Shown in pieces: positions 1 through 18,464 of a stretch of DNA of 64,000 nucleotides. The stretch is from the human T2T-CHM13v2.0 reference genome, Homo sapiens. Location: NCBI RefSeq assembly GCF_009914755.1, contig NC_060929.1. The stretch is one strand, 5' to 3'. The notes under the pieces were generated by a model, which was given only the letters and a program-made list of their open reading frames with translations, searched no databases and was not told where the DNA came from. Every line of letters starts with the position of its first letter. The stretch's first letter is position 1. Made by a program: the position numbers and the translations under genes.

Positions 1-1049
1 TTTCTGCTTTAAATGCTGGCATGCGTTCTTTTTAATAGTGTGTATTACAAATGCACCAAATCTAGGGCTAAGTAAACAGAAAGTTGAATCAAGGTACTTC
101 TCATTTTAAAAATTGTTCTGGAGTCTTGGAGTAGAAAGGGACTTTGGAGTTGATTTTTCCCAACTTCCTTCTATTATTGATGAGGGAAGTAGAAGGGGAA
201 AATGACTCGTTCACTGTCTGTAGCTTGAAAAAAAAGATTTTTTAAAAATCTATACTTGATCAGGCAGGCACAGGAAGGTACTTAATGAATAGTTTCCAAG
301 AAGAGTCACTTCGGCATAAGAGATACATATTGTAGATTAATTTACAGGCAATATCAATTATAGTAATAAATTATTGGTGATTATTAATAATTATTAATTT
401 TAAATTAGCATGTTGGGTCTTATGTAATTGACTGAGGAATCAGGTTAAGGTGCATCTTTCATTGTGAAATTGAGATTTTGGGAACATGCAAAGCCTCACT
501 GCAGATCCTAATGAATTTACCACAGGGATGCTGCCCTACCAATACACTTGAGTAGAAATTTTCAAGGGGAGTTGAGGGACATGTCCTTGGTAACAAGAGG
601 ATTGGGGAAGGGTATATTTCACTTGAAATTTAAACAACATTTTGTTCCATGGTCTTATTTATTTTTGGGCACATTATTGTTTTTTTAATAAATTCAAATA
701 GCATTAAAAGCATTCATGTTTTCTTTTTAAAAGTTAAGAGGTTTTAAGGCATAAGTCAACTAGTTTTTTCCTCTGTCCTTTTGGAATAAATCATTCATTC
801 TTTTAATAAACGCTTATTGATCATCTCTATATTCCAGGCATAGTGGTACCCTCTGAAAATACAGTCAAAAAGTTGATTCCTGTCTATAAGGGGGAGCCAG
901 AGTTTATTCATTGAGAATTTACAGCAGAATATTATTGCTCCAAGTTTCCCCCTGCCATCTACACTCATCATTGCAATATTTGACACAGTAGTCATTTATT
1001 GGAGAAAATACAAAAAGATAGAAATCACAAAGAGTCTTTCACTTCACTT

Positions 1050-1370
1050 GCTCATTACTCAGCAAGTATTTATTGAGTACCTATCATGTGCCAGTCACTG
1101 AGCTAGGTGCTTGGGTTCCATTAGTGAGTAAAACAGTCAACGATCCTGTCTTTGCAGGGATTATATTCTAGGAGGTGAGACTAATAGCCAAAAAAAAAAA
1201 AAAAATGCAAATTACAAAGCATGTTAGAAGGTGATGTGTGCTGGTTAAAAAAGAGAGAGAGAGAGTGAGAGAGAAGTAGAGTTAGGGGAATTATGTGTGT
1301 GAGAAGGAAATTTAGTGTGGTCAAGAGAGGCCTCATTGTGACTTTTGAACAAAGGCTTGAAGGCACTTGA
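1050..1370 (-). mobile_element. L2 LINE 3' fragment
   Basis: tcattactcagcaagtatttattgagtacctatcatgtgccagtcactgagctaggtgcttggg is the typical reverse-strand L2 3' end. A second remnant lies at about 790-905. Boundaries approximate. Confidence 0.75.
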
Positions 1371-1823
1371 AATAAAAATCCAAAAATTAGGATAACCATA
1401 GAATTTGAATTTTTAAACTCATTTTAAGTCTATTTTGTTATCTATGTTACTTCCTGGCAAGAGGCTGCAGGTGATGGTAAAGTCAAGGATTTTATTTTTC
1501 TTTCTTTTCTCTCCCATTAGCTTTGATTTTCACAAGGAGTGGCATTTCCACTATTTTCTACTTTGCTAAAATAAATGTATTTCATGGGATTTTTGTTCAT
1601 CAATGATAAGAACAAGGTTTACTTTGAGAATTTTCTCTTGAGAGCCTAGAGCAACATGTAGCATAATTTCATATCATGCGCTGTTTCTTAGAAATATAAA
1701 AATCCATATATTGCCATTTTTAGAATGACTCTTAGTCATATCAGTTTGGGCAAGAAGTCAACTTACTTTCACATGGAATCACTGAGTCATAGATTTAGAT
1801 AAGAAAGCAGTTTACTTTCTTAA

Positions 1824-2033
<210 letters not shown>

Positions 2034-2199
2034 TAATGAATCTGGGTGGAGTGGTCTTAATGTCTGATACTCTGTACTGAAGTAGAAGTAATTCCGTATA
2101 TCCATCACTGCATTCTCAGGATATAAATGACAAATAAAAACACCCTATAAGCTGTACAACAGTAGAGAGCATTGTGAGTTTGAAGAAATGATGGAAATC

Positions 2200-3165
<966 letters not shown>

Positions 3166-3609
3166 GAGAAATTTCAATTTTCCTTTTCTAAATAAAATCC
3201 CAAATTCTCTCCATTATTCTATGCTGATTTGGTCGATAAAGAGGCTAAGAGAGGAGGACGGTGCGTAGTATTTAAGTGGCTCAACTAAAATGCTGCCTTT
3301 GGTAATGCATTCTGTGTAATGGTATTTTTAAGGTTTTCATGTGATACTGTTTCATATGCATTTCTGAGTATGGATGTAAACTATTTTAATGAAACAGATG
3401 CATTCAGGCCCTTGCATATTCTTTTTTCTTGTTGAAGAGGAAGGTTGTGGGACTTGATGATGTAGCAACAGTGAATTAATGGTAAAAGGAGAAAGAAAGT
3501 GAGGTGGTGGTATTATGAGAGAATACCACATACCACACAGGCTCAAGGAAGGGTTGTTTTCCCCAGTATGATATGATAGTAGTGGGGGCTGAAGAAGAGA
3601 ACTGAACTA

Positions 3610-3780
3610 TTTAGCTAATAGAACTAGTTGAAACAAGTGGCACCCTGGATCTGGATTTGAATTCTGGCTCTGCCACTATCTGTGTAAGCTTAATCAAGCT
3701 ATTGACTCTCTCCAAGATTTGTTTCTAAATCTGCATATAGGGATAATAATTCCTAACTCATAGAATTATTATTAATATTT
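3610..3780 (+). mobile_element. MIR SINE
   Basis: ctggatttgaattctggctctgccactat...tctaaatctgcatatagggataataattcctaactcatag core. Similar MIRs occur at about 5560-5745 and 130-230. Confidence 0.7.
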
Positions 3781-3999
3781 TATAGCTCTTTGAGCAGTTT
3801 TAATCATGGAAAATTTATGGTGTTTTCAAGCTCCCCTCTCAAAAAAATTTGCAAATAAAAGTGAATTTAAACCATATAACATAAAACTTACATATCTGCT
3901 GAAATTAGAATAACATTTGCGAGATTTTCTGATTGCAAAATTCTGTAAGAGTTTATCTGAGTTAAACTTTTTTAAATGTGCCCTATTTATGTTTTTATC

Positions 4000-4870
4000 T
4001 GTCTGCCTGTATTGAGGTCCCCAGTGCTATGCTAAAGGTCTTTGTCCATGCCCCTGACCTATTCAGAATTTTTGATTCATTACTTGGATGAAAACACAGG
4101 AAATTGCTTATCAGATATGTACGTGGTACAGAACTGAAAGGACAGCTGCAACAGAGAGCTGCCTGCATTAAGATTACAAGTAGAGCCAATGAAGAGAAAC
4201 TGTACTGTGATAAATTAAAAACTAGAGGGAAAGAGACATCATCTGATGGAAGTTAATGTAAATTACTCAAAATTATAATTTAACATAAACTCAGCAGCAA
4301 TTGAATATGTGACCAGAATGCTTAACAATAACAACTACTGTAACTACAAAAACAACACACACCTAGGTTGCGTTGATAGCAGTATGGAAGCAGACATGTT
4401 TACGTTGTAATTTACAAAATTCAGACTATTTTGGGACATAGCAACCACTCTCATGGGTCGTGTTTCAGCAGGAACATTAATTATCCAATGAGAAGTTGGA
4501 AAACAACCCTCTAAGAAACTTTGAGGCAGCTGGACATAACTAACCTGGAAAGAATTTAGGTAGATGTGATGGCTGTCTACAAATACCGGAAGGGCTACTG
4601 CAGGAAAGGGTGGACTATGTAGCTCCATTTGGCACAACTCAGAGCAAATGGGTCAAAAATTAGGGAAGGAAATTTTTGATTCAGGTTAAGAGTGTTCATA
4701 GCAATAAAACTGTCAAAGTTGAAGAGGCTTTTCTAAAAGTAGAGTAAATTCAATCACTGAAATATATGGAGAGGGAAATGACCAACTTTCAAACATGTTT
4801 TAGATGGATTTTCTGCTTTCAGGGGCATTAGACAAAATCATATATAAGATTTCACCCAAGTTAATGAAGA
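4000..4870 (+). mobile_element. L3/CR1 LINE remnant (RT and 3' region)
   Basis: Degenerate CR1-like motifs (cctattcagaatttttgattcatacttggatgaaaacacagg...cttatcaga; ctacaaataccggaagggctact). Highly diverged. Confidence 0.55.
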
Positions 4871-6580
4871 TTGGTATATTCTACATCTCTTCTTCGAGTT
4901 AGGTAAATATGATTGTGCCTGATTCACATTTAGTAGACCAATTAGATTCTGGATGGCTAATGGCTTAGGAAAGCTATTTAAAGTACCAGTGAAGTTTAAT
5001 GTATTTCAGATGGTACACCACACATTTTTCATGGTTTGTGGTTTGACCACAAGGGAAAAAGTCAGTCAGTTCTGAATTCTAGTTAGGTTACTTTTAATGA
5101 ATTATTTTATGATCAGAGGTTGCACTTCACCAACCTACATATTCCCATTTATAAAACAGTGACTGCTGAAATCTTTTTTTTCTAAAATCCGTTTTAAAAA
5201 CATTATGTAGAAGGTTAGACTATTATTAGTTCAATCCTATTAGTTGAATTAGGTTGAATAAAATTGAGAGAAGTTTTTACTTTAATGATTCTACTTCATT
5301 TTTTTAGTAATATAGGAGCGAATATGATACTACATATGTCTGTGCATAGCTTATAATGACAATAAATTAATCATTAATTTGTAATTACTGAGTTAAGCAT
5401 GTCAGAATTGTTAACGTTTATTTTTATCTGCGTATCTTCAGTCTTAGAATAAATACATTGAAATGACTTTATCTTGAAAATTATTTTACTTTTATATCCT
5501 ATACTTTTAGTGCCATATAATAAAGTTAGATTATATTTTAGAAGTAGCTTAGGGAAAATTTTATTGGTAAACAAGTTACATAACCTCTCTGAGCCTTGAT
5601 TTTCTTATTTGAAAACTCAAGTTGTAATAACAGTACCTCTCTTTACAGACTGTGAAAAGACAAAATGAATTAATGTATAGAATGAACTTGAAATGGTGTC
5701 TGGGACAGAATGCATACTCTGTACATATTTACCCATATTATTTGTTAAGATAATATGTTGTGGCTAAAATTTCATAGATTTGAAAACATCTTGAATACTC
5801 TGCTATTCCAATATAAATTTATACCTTCTTTTTAACCAAAGAAGATCATCTTCATGTAGTGGAAAGAGGTCCGACTTTGAGTGAGGTGGACACTAACTAG
5901 CTGCAAAGCCTTAGCAAGCTGGAGAACCTTTAACTCCTTATTAAAGTAGATGCATGGCTCATAACAGGCTCCATAAATAGCAGCCTTGCCTCTGTTTCTT
6001 CAGGCTTCCCTTTTCTTTGACAGAGAAGTCACACAGTGCAAAGCGAGGATGTATTAACAAATTATTTTGCTTATTTTTTAAAAGGAAACAATTCATAAAT
6101 TCCTTTCTTGGCCATAGATATTGAATTATCCATCTGTTTGCTCTTCATGTAAGATCACTCCTTGAAACTATTGAAATCATTTCTCCCTTAAGAAGGCAGG
6201 GTTGGGGCAGTTCCAAGATGGCCAAATAGGAATAGCTCCAGTCTACAGCTCCTAGCGTGAGCAACACAGAAGACGGGTGATTTCTGCATTTCCAACTGAG
6301 GTACCGGGTTCATCTCACGGGGCCTGATCGGACAGTGGAGGCAGGACAGTGGGTGCAACCCACCGAGCGTGAGCCGAAGCAGGGCGAGGCATCGCCTCAC
6401 CAGGGAAGTGCAAGCGATCAGGGAATTCCCTTTCCTAGCCAAGGGAAGGGGTGACAGACAGCACCTGGAAAATCGGATCACTCCCACCCTAATACTGCGC
6501 TTTTCCAATGGTCTTAGCAAATGGCACAACAGGAGATTATATCCCGTGCCTGGCTCGGAGGGTCCCACGCCCACGGAGCC

Positions 6581-6655
6581 TCACTCATTGCTAGCACAGC
6601 AGTCTGAGATCGAAGTGCAAGGCAGCAGCGAGGCTGGGGGAGGGGTGCCCACCAT
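6581..6655 (-). pseudogene. L1 antisense ORF0, truncated to 24 aa
   Basis: GCCATGG Kozak context, then MVGTPPPASLLPCTSISDCCASNE*. The remainder (VGVGPSEPG...RVGVIRFSRC) continues in frame after the TGA. Confidence 0.8.
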
Positions 6656-7228
6656 GGCTGAGGTTTGAGTAGGTAAACAAAGCAGCAGGGAAGCTCGTAC
6701 TGGGTGGAGCCCACCGCAGCTCAAGGAGGCCTGCCTGCCTCTGCAGACTCCACCTCTGGGGGCAGGGCATAGCCAAACAAAAGGCAGCAGAAACCTCTGC
6801 AGACTTAAGTGTCCCTGTCTGACAGTTTTGAAGAGAGTAGTGGTTCTCCCAGCACAGAGTTTGAGATCTGAGAATGGACAGACTGCCTCCTCAAGTGGGT
6901 CTCTGACCCCCAAGTAGCCTAACTGGGAGGCATCCCCCAGTAGGGGCAGACTGACACCTCACATGGCCAGGTACCCCTGAGACAAAGCTTCCAGAGGAAC
7001 GATCAGGCAGCAACATTTGCTGTTCAGCAATATTTGCTGTTCTGCAGCCTCTGCTGCTGATAACCAGGCAAACAGGGTCTGGAGTGGACCTCCAGCAAAC
7101 TCCAGCAGACCTGCAGCTGAGGGTCCTGACTGATAGAAGGAAAACTGACAAATAGAAAGGACATCCACATCAAAACCCCATCTGTACGTCACCATCATCA
7201 AAGACCAAAGGTAGATAAAACCACAAAG

Positions 7229-8242
7229 ATGGGGAAAAAACACAGCAGAAAAGCTGAAAATTCTAAAAGTCAGAGCACCTCTCCCCCTCCAAAGGAGCAC
7301 AGCTCCTCACCAGCAACAGAACAAAGCCAGATGGAGAATGACTTTGACAAGTTGAGAGAAGAAGGCATGAGATGATCAAACTTCTCTGAGCTAAAGGAGG
7401 AAGTTTGAACCCATCGCAAAGAAGCTAAAAACCTTGAAAAAAGATTTGACAAATGGCTAGCTACAATAACCAGTGTAGAGAAGTCCTTAAATGACCTGAT
7501 GGAGCTGAAAACCATGGCACAAGAACTACGTGATGAATGCACAAGCCTCCGTAGCCGATTTGATCAACTGGAAGAAAGGGTATCAGTGATGGAAGATGAA
7601 ATGAATGAAATGAAGCAAGAAGAGAAGTTTAGAGAAAAAGAGTAAAAAGAAACAAAGACTCCAAGAAACATGGGACTATGTGAAAAGACCAAATCTACGT
7701 CTGATTGGTGTACCTGAAAGTGATGGGGAGAATGGAACCAAGTTGGAAAACACTTTGCAGGATATTATCCAGGAGGAGTTCCCCAACTTAGCAAGGCAGG
7801 CCAACATTCAAATTCAGGAAATACAGAGAATGCCACAAAGATATTCCTCGAGAAAAGCAACTCGAAGACACATAATTGTCAGATTCACCAAAGATGAGAT
7901 GAAGGAAAAAAATGTTAAGGGGCAGCCAGAGAGAAAGGTTGGGTTACCCACAAAGGGAAGCCCATCAGACTAACAGCAGATCTCTCCGCAGAAACTCTAC
8001 AAGCCAGAAGAGAGTGGGGACCAATATTCAACATTCTTAAAGAAAAGAATTTTCAACCCAGAATTTCATATCCAGCCAAACTAAGCTTTGTAAGTGAAGG
8101 AGAAATAAAATCCTTTACAGACAAGCAAATGCTGAGAGATTTCGTCACCACCAGGCCTGCCCTACAAGGGGTCCTGAAGGAAGCACTAAACATGGAAAGG
8201 AACAACTGGTACCAGCCACTGCAAAAACATGACAAATTGTAA
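7229..8242 (+). pseudogene. L1 ORF1p, disrupted
   Basis: ATGGGGAAAAAAC start, premature TGA at 7373-7375 (CpG decay) and later frameshifts. Remnant KRPNLRLIGVPESDGENGTKLENTLQDIIQE. Confidence 0.93.
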
Positions 8243-8290
8243 AGACCATCGATGCTAGGAAGAAACTGCATCAACTAACAAGAAAAATAA

Positions 8291-12131
<3,841 letters not shown>

Positions 12132-12685
12132 ACAATGAGAACACTTGGACACAGCAAGGGGAACATCACACACCGGGGCCTGTCCTGGGGTCGAGGGAGG
12201 GGTTAGGGAAAGCATTAGGAGATATACCTAATGTAAATGACGAGTTAATGGGTGCAGCACACCAAGATGGCACATGTATACATATGTAACAAACCTGCAC
12301 ATTGTGCACATGTACCCTAGAACTTAAAAGTATAATAATAAAAAAAAATAATAAGGCAGGGTTATATCTACTTTAAGAAAAATTGACAGTAAGAATTTAA
12401 AATCTTGCAGTATCTTTACTCTGTTTTGCTAGTTCTGTTTTTCCTTCTTCTGTTCTGATTTGGTTTCATTTTAGAGATAGCATATACTAATGGTACAAAA
12501 CATAATCGAATACTAAATAAAAAGTACATCTTTTTCTCACTATTTCTTGCATTCTCCATTCTTTGCTCTACCCTCAATGCCAATTCCTGAAAGTAAACAC
12601 TACTGTTTTCCTGTGTATCTCTCCATCAATATTCCATGCATAGACAAATATTTATAAATATTTAAATAAGCAGACATGTGTTCTT

Positions 12686-12782
12686 GTGTGTGAGTGTGTA
12701 TATATATATATATATACACAATGTACATATATTTATATATAGTGTATATATGTTTACGTGTATCTGTATGTGTGTGTATATA

Positions 12783-12833
<51 letters not shown>

Positions 12834-12842
12834 GTATATATG
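12686..12842. repeat. Compound (TG)n/(TA)n microsatellite within an old L1M-like remnant
   Basis: Alternating purine-pyrimidine tracts read directly. Confidence 0.95.
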
Positions 12843-14492
12843 GACATCTTTAAGTTTACCATGCATGGGTGTACCTTTTTCCTATGCTATAATATGATTA
12901 TTACATAAGTTATTTTTCTGGCTTCCAGTTGATGAAATTACATTATTTTTTGGGTATTGTGTTACTTTTTGCTATAGTAAACAATGTGTCCTTGAACACC
13001 CTTGCACTCTGAATATTTGTTTACTTGAGCCATATCCATAGAATAAATTCCTAGGAATTATGCCTTTGCTATTCATGTCTACATGAAACATGCTCTCAGT
13101 TGGATTTCCAAAGCATGAGGTAAATAAATTGCAAGTAAATTATTTGAGATATTCATATATGATATAGGTAAGCAGACAAATGATTTTTGCCTGTATATTC
13201 ATTTGGCCGAATTTTATGATCACTTCCTGTCACCAAGTTAAATGATTGTATAGCAGTCTGCATCAGTTATGAAAGATATACAAACCTTGCATTGTTTTTG
13301 CAGTCTGCTCATCTCATGCCTAGAGTCACAGCTTAATTTGAAATATAATCTTTTCTTTTGAAACTACAGCTTAATTGAAGAACACATTTTTAAAATGGTA
13401 GAATAAGGTTAGAAATCATTTTACAGTTGTGCTTGAGCATTCACATCTTGTGCGTTATGTTCTCAATATAACCAGGCTATGAACAAGCAAATGTGCGTGT
13501 TATTTATTCCTTGGTAGAAAGGCTACTTAGTGCCAGAGCATAGCAAAACAGGAAGGAAAATGCTAAAATTAGCCTTGTTTCTCGTTCATCGTTGATTTAA
13601 TTTTGGGGGACATCAAAGGTATTAAGGACAACAGACTGGGAATTATCAAGATAAAAATGACATACCCAGAAAATACTGAATTCTCCAGTCCTCAAAAAGT
13701 CTTGCAATTTATTTCATGCAATAAATGTTAAGAAAGAGGGAGGAGAACTGGGGCAAGGACGAGGGATAACATTTCTTAGACTCCCATCTGAAATGAATGA
13801 TTAAGGGCATATGGAATAGACAGAATTAATAGCATCTGTGATCTGTAACTAAACTTGTTGCTATAGTCAGTTTGAGGATTCTGGTGACACAGTTAATAAT
13901 CAACTATTAAACAACAGTCAGGATACCAATCTTTATTTCATATACCATGAAAATTATGGAGTTCAAATAGCCTATTTTTAACTTTAAAAGGCATTTCTCC
14001 TTTATATTTTACTCATATGCTAATATGCATTATATGAAGATATATGAATAAGCGAATGAATGTGTGTTTATGGAACATATGAAATCATAACTATGGCCTA
14101 TGACAATCAAAACACTTAACAAGGTATGTCTTCAATTTTTCTATCTGGATATTGGGAAAAATAGTAGGGAAAATGTTATTGTAAAAATAAATAGATAGGT
14201 TTGTGTAGGAATGTAAGTAAATATGCTTATAGACACAGTCTTTTAGTTTACTGCTATCTATATTTGACCTAAATTATATCTGGGTATTTCAGTTGGTTGC
14301 TTGCATTTAACACAGAATCAGTTTAAATTCCAATAGCCTGAATTACTAATTCTGAAAAGTATACTTCTCCCATCCTCCGTTTCCTCCGGTGTAAACAGAA
14401 CATAGTAAAACCTAGGGGGAAAGTCTTGATTAAATGATATATAACTTTATGTTTGGCCTACATTTATTAATCAATGAATAAATATTTGTTTT

Positions 14493-14807
<315 letters not shown>

Positions 14808-14939
14808 ATATTTGTTTCATTCTTCCCCTCTTAAACTATTACCTTCAACGTTTTTCACTTTTCACCAGTTAACTTCTGTCCTTCATTGGGAGTTCAGCCA
14901 AATCGATTAAAATTATGGAGTCTTCTAAAATTCTTTCTG

Positions 14940-15225
14940 GAGGAGATGGTTAATGGGCGCAAAAATATAGTTAGGATGAATAAGATCTAGTATTTGATAG
15001 CACAACAGGGTGATTGTGCTCAACAAAAATTTACTGTATATTTTAAAATAATGAAAAGAGTGGAATAGAATGTTCCTAATGCAAAGAAATAATAACTGGT
15101 TGAGGTGATGGATACCCCAATTACCCTGATTTGATTATTACAGATTGTATGCCTGTATCAAAACATCACACTTACCCCATAAATATATACCTATTGTGTG
15201 CCCATTTTAATTAAAAATTTAAACA
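14940..15225 (+). mobile_element. L1MA-type 3' end fragment
   Basis: ggttaatgggcgcaaaaatatagttaggatgaataagatctagtatttgatagcacaacagggtga...gtgatggataccccaattaccctgatttg. Confidence 0.85.
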
Positions 15226-15652
15226 CATTTAAATAAAATTATTTTTAACAAGGTGGCATATATATGTATATAAACAAACTCAAAACTAAACCAAATAAAT
15301 TGTAAAATTATTGTTAAAGTCAATAAAATGTTTTAAATGCTCAAAACAAATTGTGTACATCTTCATTTATTTCATATTTCTCAATTAAAATTATATGCAA
15401 AGCATTTTAATAGGTACTACAAGGTAAAGAAAAATTAATCCGTAGTTCACAATTGTTTTGGGTATTATATTCTGATAAGCCTTTGTAAGTTTTCCTTAAG
15501 ACTTAGGAAAAAAATGAAGATACAGAACAAATTATCTTTTTACTTCTACAAGTAAAGCATATCTCCACTGGCATATAAAGTGAGTGGTGAAAAAAAATGA
15601 GAACAGGAAGTTCTCATGTAAATAATAATATTGTCAATATTTGTGTCAATTT

Positions 15653-15955
15653 CTTTTTTTTTTTTTCTTTTTGAGATGGGGTCTTGTTCTGTCACTGCAG
15701 CTGGAGTGCAGTGGCGCAGTCTCGGCTCACTGCATCCTCCGCCTCCCTGGCTCAAGCAATCCTCCGCCTTATCCTCCTGAGTAGCTGGGACTACAGGCAT
15801 GTAATCATCATGCCTGGCTAATTGTTTGTATTTTTTGTAAAGACGGGGTTTCCCTATGTTGCCCAGGCTGATCTGGAACTCCTGGGATTAAGCAGTCTTC
15901 CCACCTTGGCCTCCCAAAGTACTGGGATTGCAGATGTGAGCTACTGTGCCCAGCC
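15653..15955 (-). mobile_element. AluJ
   Basis: Reverse Alu with J-type features. Perfect 15-bp TSD tatttgtgtcaattt at 15638-15652 and 15956-15970. Confidence 0.93.
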
Positions 15956-17464
15956 TATTTGTGTCAATTTATATGGAAATAAATCTTAAATATAATCAGC
16001 CTTTACAAGGCAGTTTGGAGTATGTTGCACTCCCAGTTCTATAGCTAACCAGAAGATGAAAAAGCTATGCTGTTCTTTCATTGCCTCAGTTTCCGTATAA
16101 GAGGGCATGGTAAGATGACTTGTAAGATCTGTGTTGCTGCTAAAAAAACATAGTCTGCATACATCCATGCCATTAGTGTTTTTACTTAAAGAATTGTCAT
16201 TTCTGCAATAATCAATCACAGTGTTAGGAAATTATGAATAACTAAAAATGTAACCTCTCCTTTTACCACAGAAGGAAATTAAAACCCAGAGAAGCCAAGT
16301 GAAATTGGCCAAAAAGCAGTTTATCCATTGCAGAACCATGTCAAAGACCCAAATCAAGTTACTAATAATCATGTCCTTTTGAATTTTGTAGATTTTTAAA
16401 AAATATATAACATCTATATAACTTATTATTCACCTGGACCTTTACTTCTGGATGAGTCCTTTGCAAATCTTCCTTTTCCGTATTTGTATAGATTGTGTTT
16501 GTAATAGGAAATTTTCAAAAATAGCATTACATAGTTTTCTTTACATTTATTAAAATGGGCTTTCAATTAAGTACTCCCAAGTACAGTTACCTAGGTGATC
16601 ATGATATGCTGGTAATTGTGAGAAGTGTGAGAATTCAAGAGTACATCATCTTTCCTGATAAGCAACAATGAAAATAAGAAGATGGTAGCTCTAATATACT
16701 AATGTTTAGAGTTATTAAAGATGAGACTATTTAGTAACATCACTGATTTTTAAGCTAAAAAAATTTTCATTTAATTGTCTCTTTCCAACTGACAAATTTG
16801 GTGGTTTATAATGCTGAAAATATTTTGGAATTTTTTTGGACTTGTCTTCAGAGACTATATCATATCTGTTTAAATGACCTTAATGCTAGGAAACTTTGTA
16901 TTCGGAGTGTGTATGAAATGTAGAAACAGTCAAGTAGGATGAATTTAGTTGGTTAACTTTGGGCATGATAACATTTCGGCTAAAAATGACATGACTACAT
17001 TGTGAGGGTGGGTGGTCTTAAGATAGTTTATAAGATCCTTCTAACAACATTTTAAAAGCTTAGAAACAGAAGTGTAAATAGAGACCTACATATTGAATAT
17101 TTTAGTACAGTCTTTAGCAGAAAACGTGTAAGATAAACAGTGAACAGTAAGCTATGTTTAGTTAGCATGAAGCATATTTAGGTGAGCGACACCCTTTGAC
17201 TTGCGTTCTGTTAGTTCCACATTGGATAAACGCATAGTCAATCAGGCACACAGATCACATTTGCTATATATCTGTTAACATTAAATTATTGTGCAAATAT
17301 AATGATCTGTTAATACTCTTAAGTTAGATTATGAAGGAAGAACAGTGATTTCAAGGAAAGGAATACAACAGGTCCTCAAGTAATATCATTTCATTCAATA
17401 TAGTTTTATTGTAACATTGATGAGAAAATAAATAAATTGCTAGCCTTGGTTACTCTCTGTGAGA

Positions 17465-17937
17465 TGTGAACCCTGAAAATTTGAGACAGGTCTCAGTTAA
17501 TTTAGAAAGTTTATTTTGCCAAGGTTTAGGACACACGCCCATGATACAGCCTCAGGAGGTCCTGATAACATGTACCCAAAGTGGTCAGAGCACAGTTTGG
17601 TTTTATACATTTTAGGGAGACATGAGACATCAATCAACATATGGAAGGTGAACATTGGTTCAGTCTGGAAAGGCAGGACAACCCAAAGCAGAAGTGGGAA
17701 GACTCGAAGTGGGGAGGGGGCTTCCAGGTCATAGGTAGAGAAGATACATTTTTTGAGGCATTATTTTGAGTTTCTGATTAGCTTCTCCAAACGAAGCAAT
17801 CAGATACGCATTTATCTCAGTGAGCAGAGGGGTAACTTTGAATAGAATGGGAGGCAGGTTGGCCCTAAGCAGTCGCAGCTTGACTTTTCCCTTTAGCTTA
17901 GTGATTTGGGGGCCCCAAGATTTATTTTCTTTTCACA
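17465..17937 (-). mobile_element. MER4A1-type solo LTR (ERV1) inserted in MER6
   Basis: TG...CA ends. Reverse complement starts tgtgaaaagaaaataaatcttggggcccccaaatcactaagctaaaggg. TSD is not cleanly preserved. Confidence 0.88.
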
Positions 17938-18464
17938 GTGGAGTTTGCATGTTCTCCCCATGTTTGCATGGGTTTTCTCTAGTACTTGGGTTTCCTCCCA
18001 CATCCTAAAGCTGTGCACGTTGGCTTAATTGGTATGTCTAGATGTTCCCGCTCTGCATGTGCATGGGTGTGTATGTGTGAGTGCACCCTGTGATGGGATG
18101 ACATCCTGTCCAGGGCTGGTTCCTGCCTTGTGCCCTGAGCTGCCAGAATGGGCTCTGGTCATCCTTGACCCTGAACTGGAATAAGCAGGTTATAAAATGA
18201 ATGAATAAGTGAATACAAATTATTGTAAAATAAAAATTTATAAAGTATATGAAGAAAGTAAATCATGTAAATGCAGGACAATAAACAATGCTGTACAGAA
18301 GTGCACAGGGAGCCTGCCATGTTTGTGATTGTTTTTGACATGCATAGTGGTAGAAGGTGCTCCTGACAATTTTCACTGTGCAAACATTGATTCCTTGATT
18401 TAACCCACCATCATGACAACCAGTGGCACTCATTGATTCACCAAAACCTGGATAAATAATTACT

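Noticed and set aside
12200-12208. Telomere-like GGGTTAGGG
   Set aside because: A single unit arising by mutation in the L1 3'UTR G-tract, not an interstitial telomeric array.
12646-12663. 18-bp palindrome aaatatttataaatattt
   Set aside because: Pure A/T low-complexity sequence next to a microsatellite, likely chance.
12600-12908. Four overlapping ORFs rich in YI/HT/CV
   Set aside because: Translation artefacts of (TA)n/(TG)n microsatellites.
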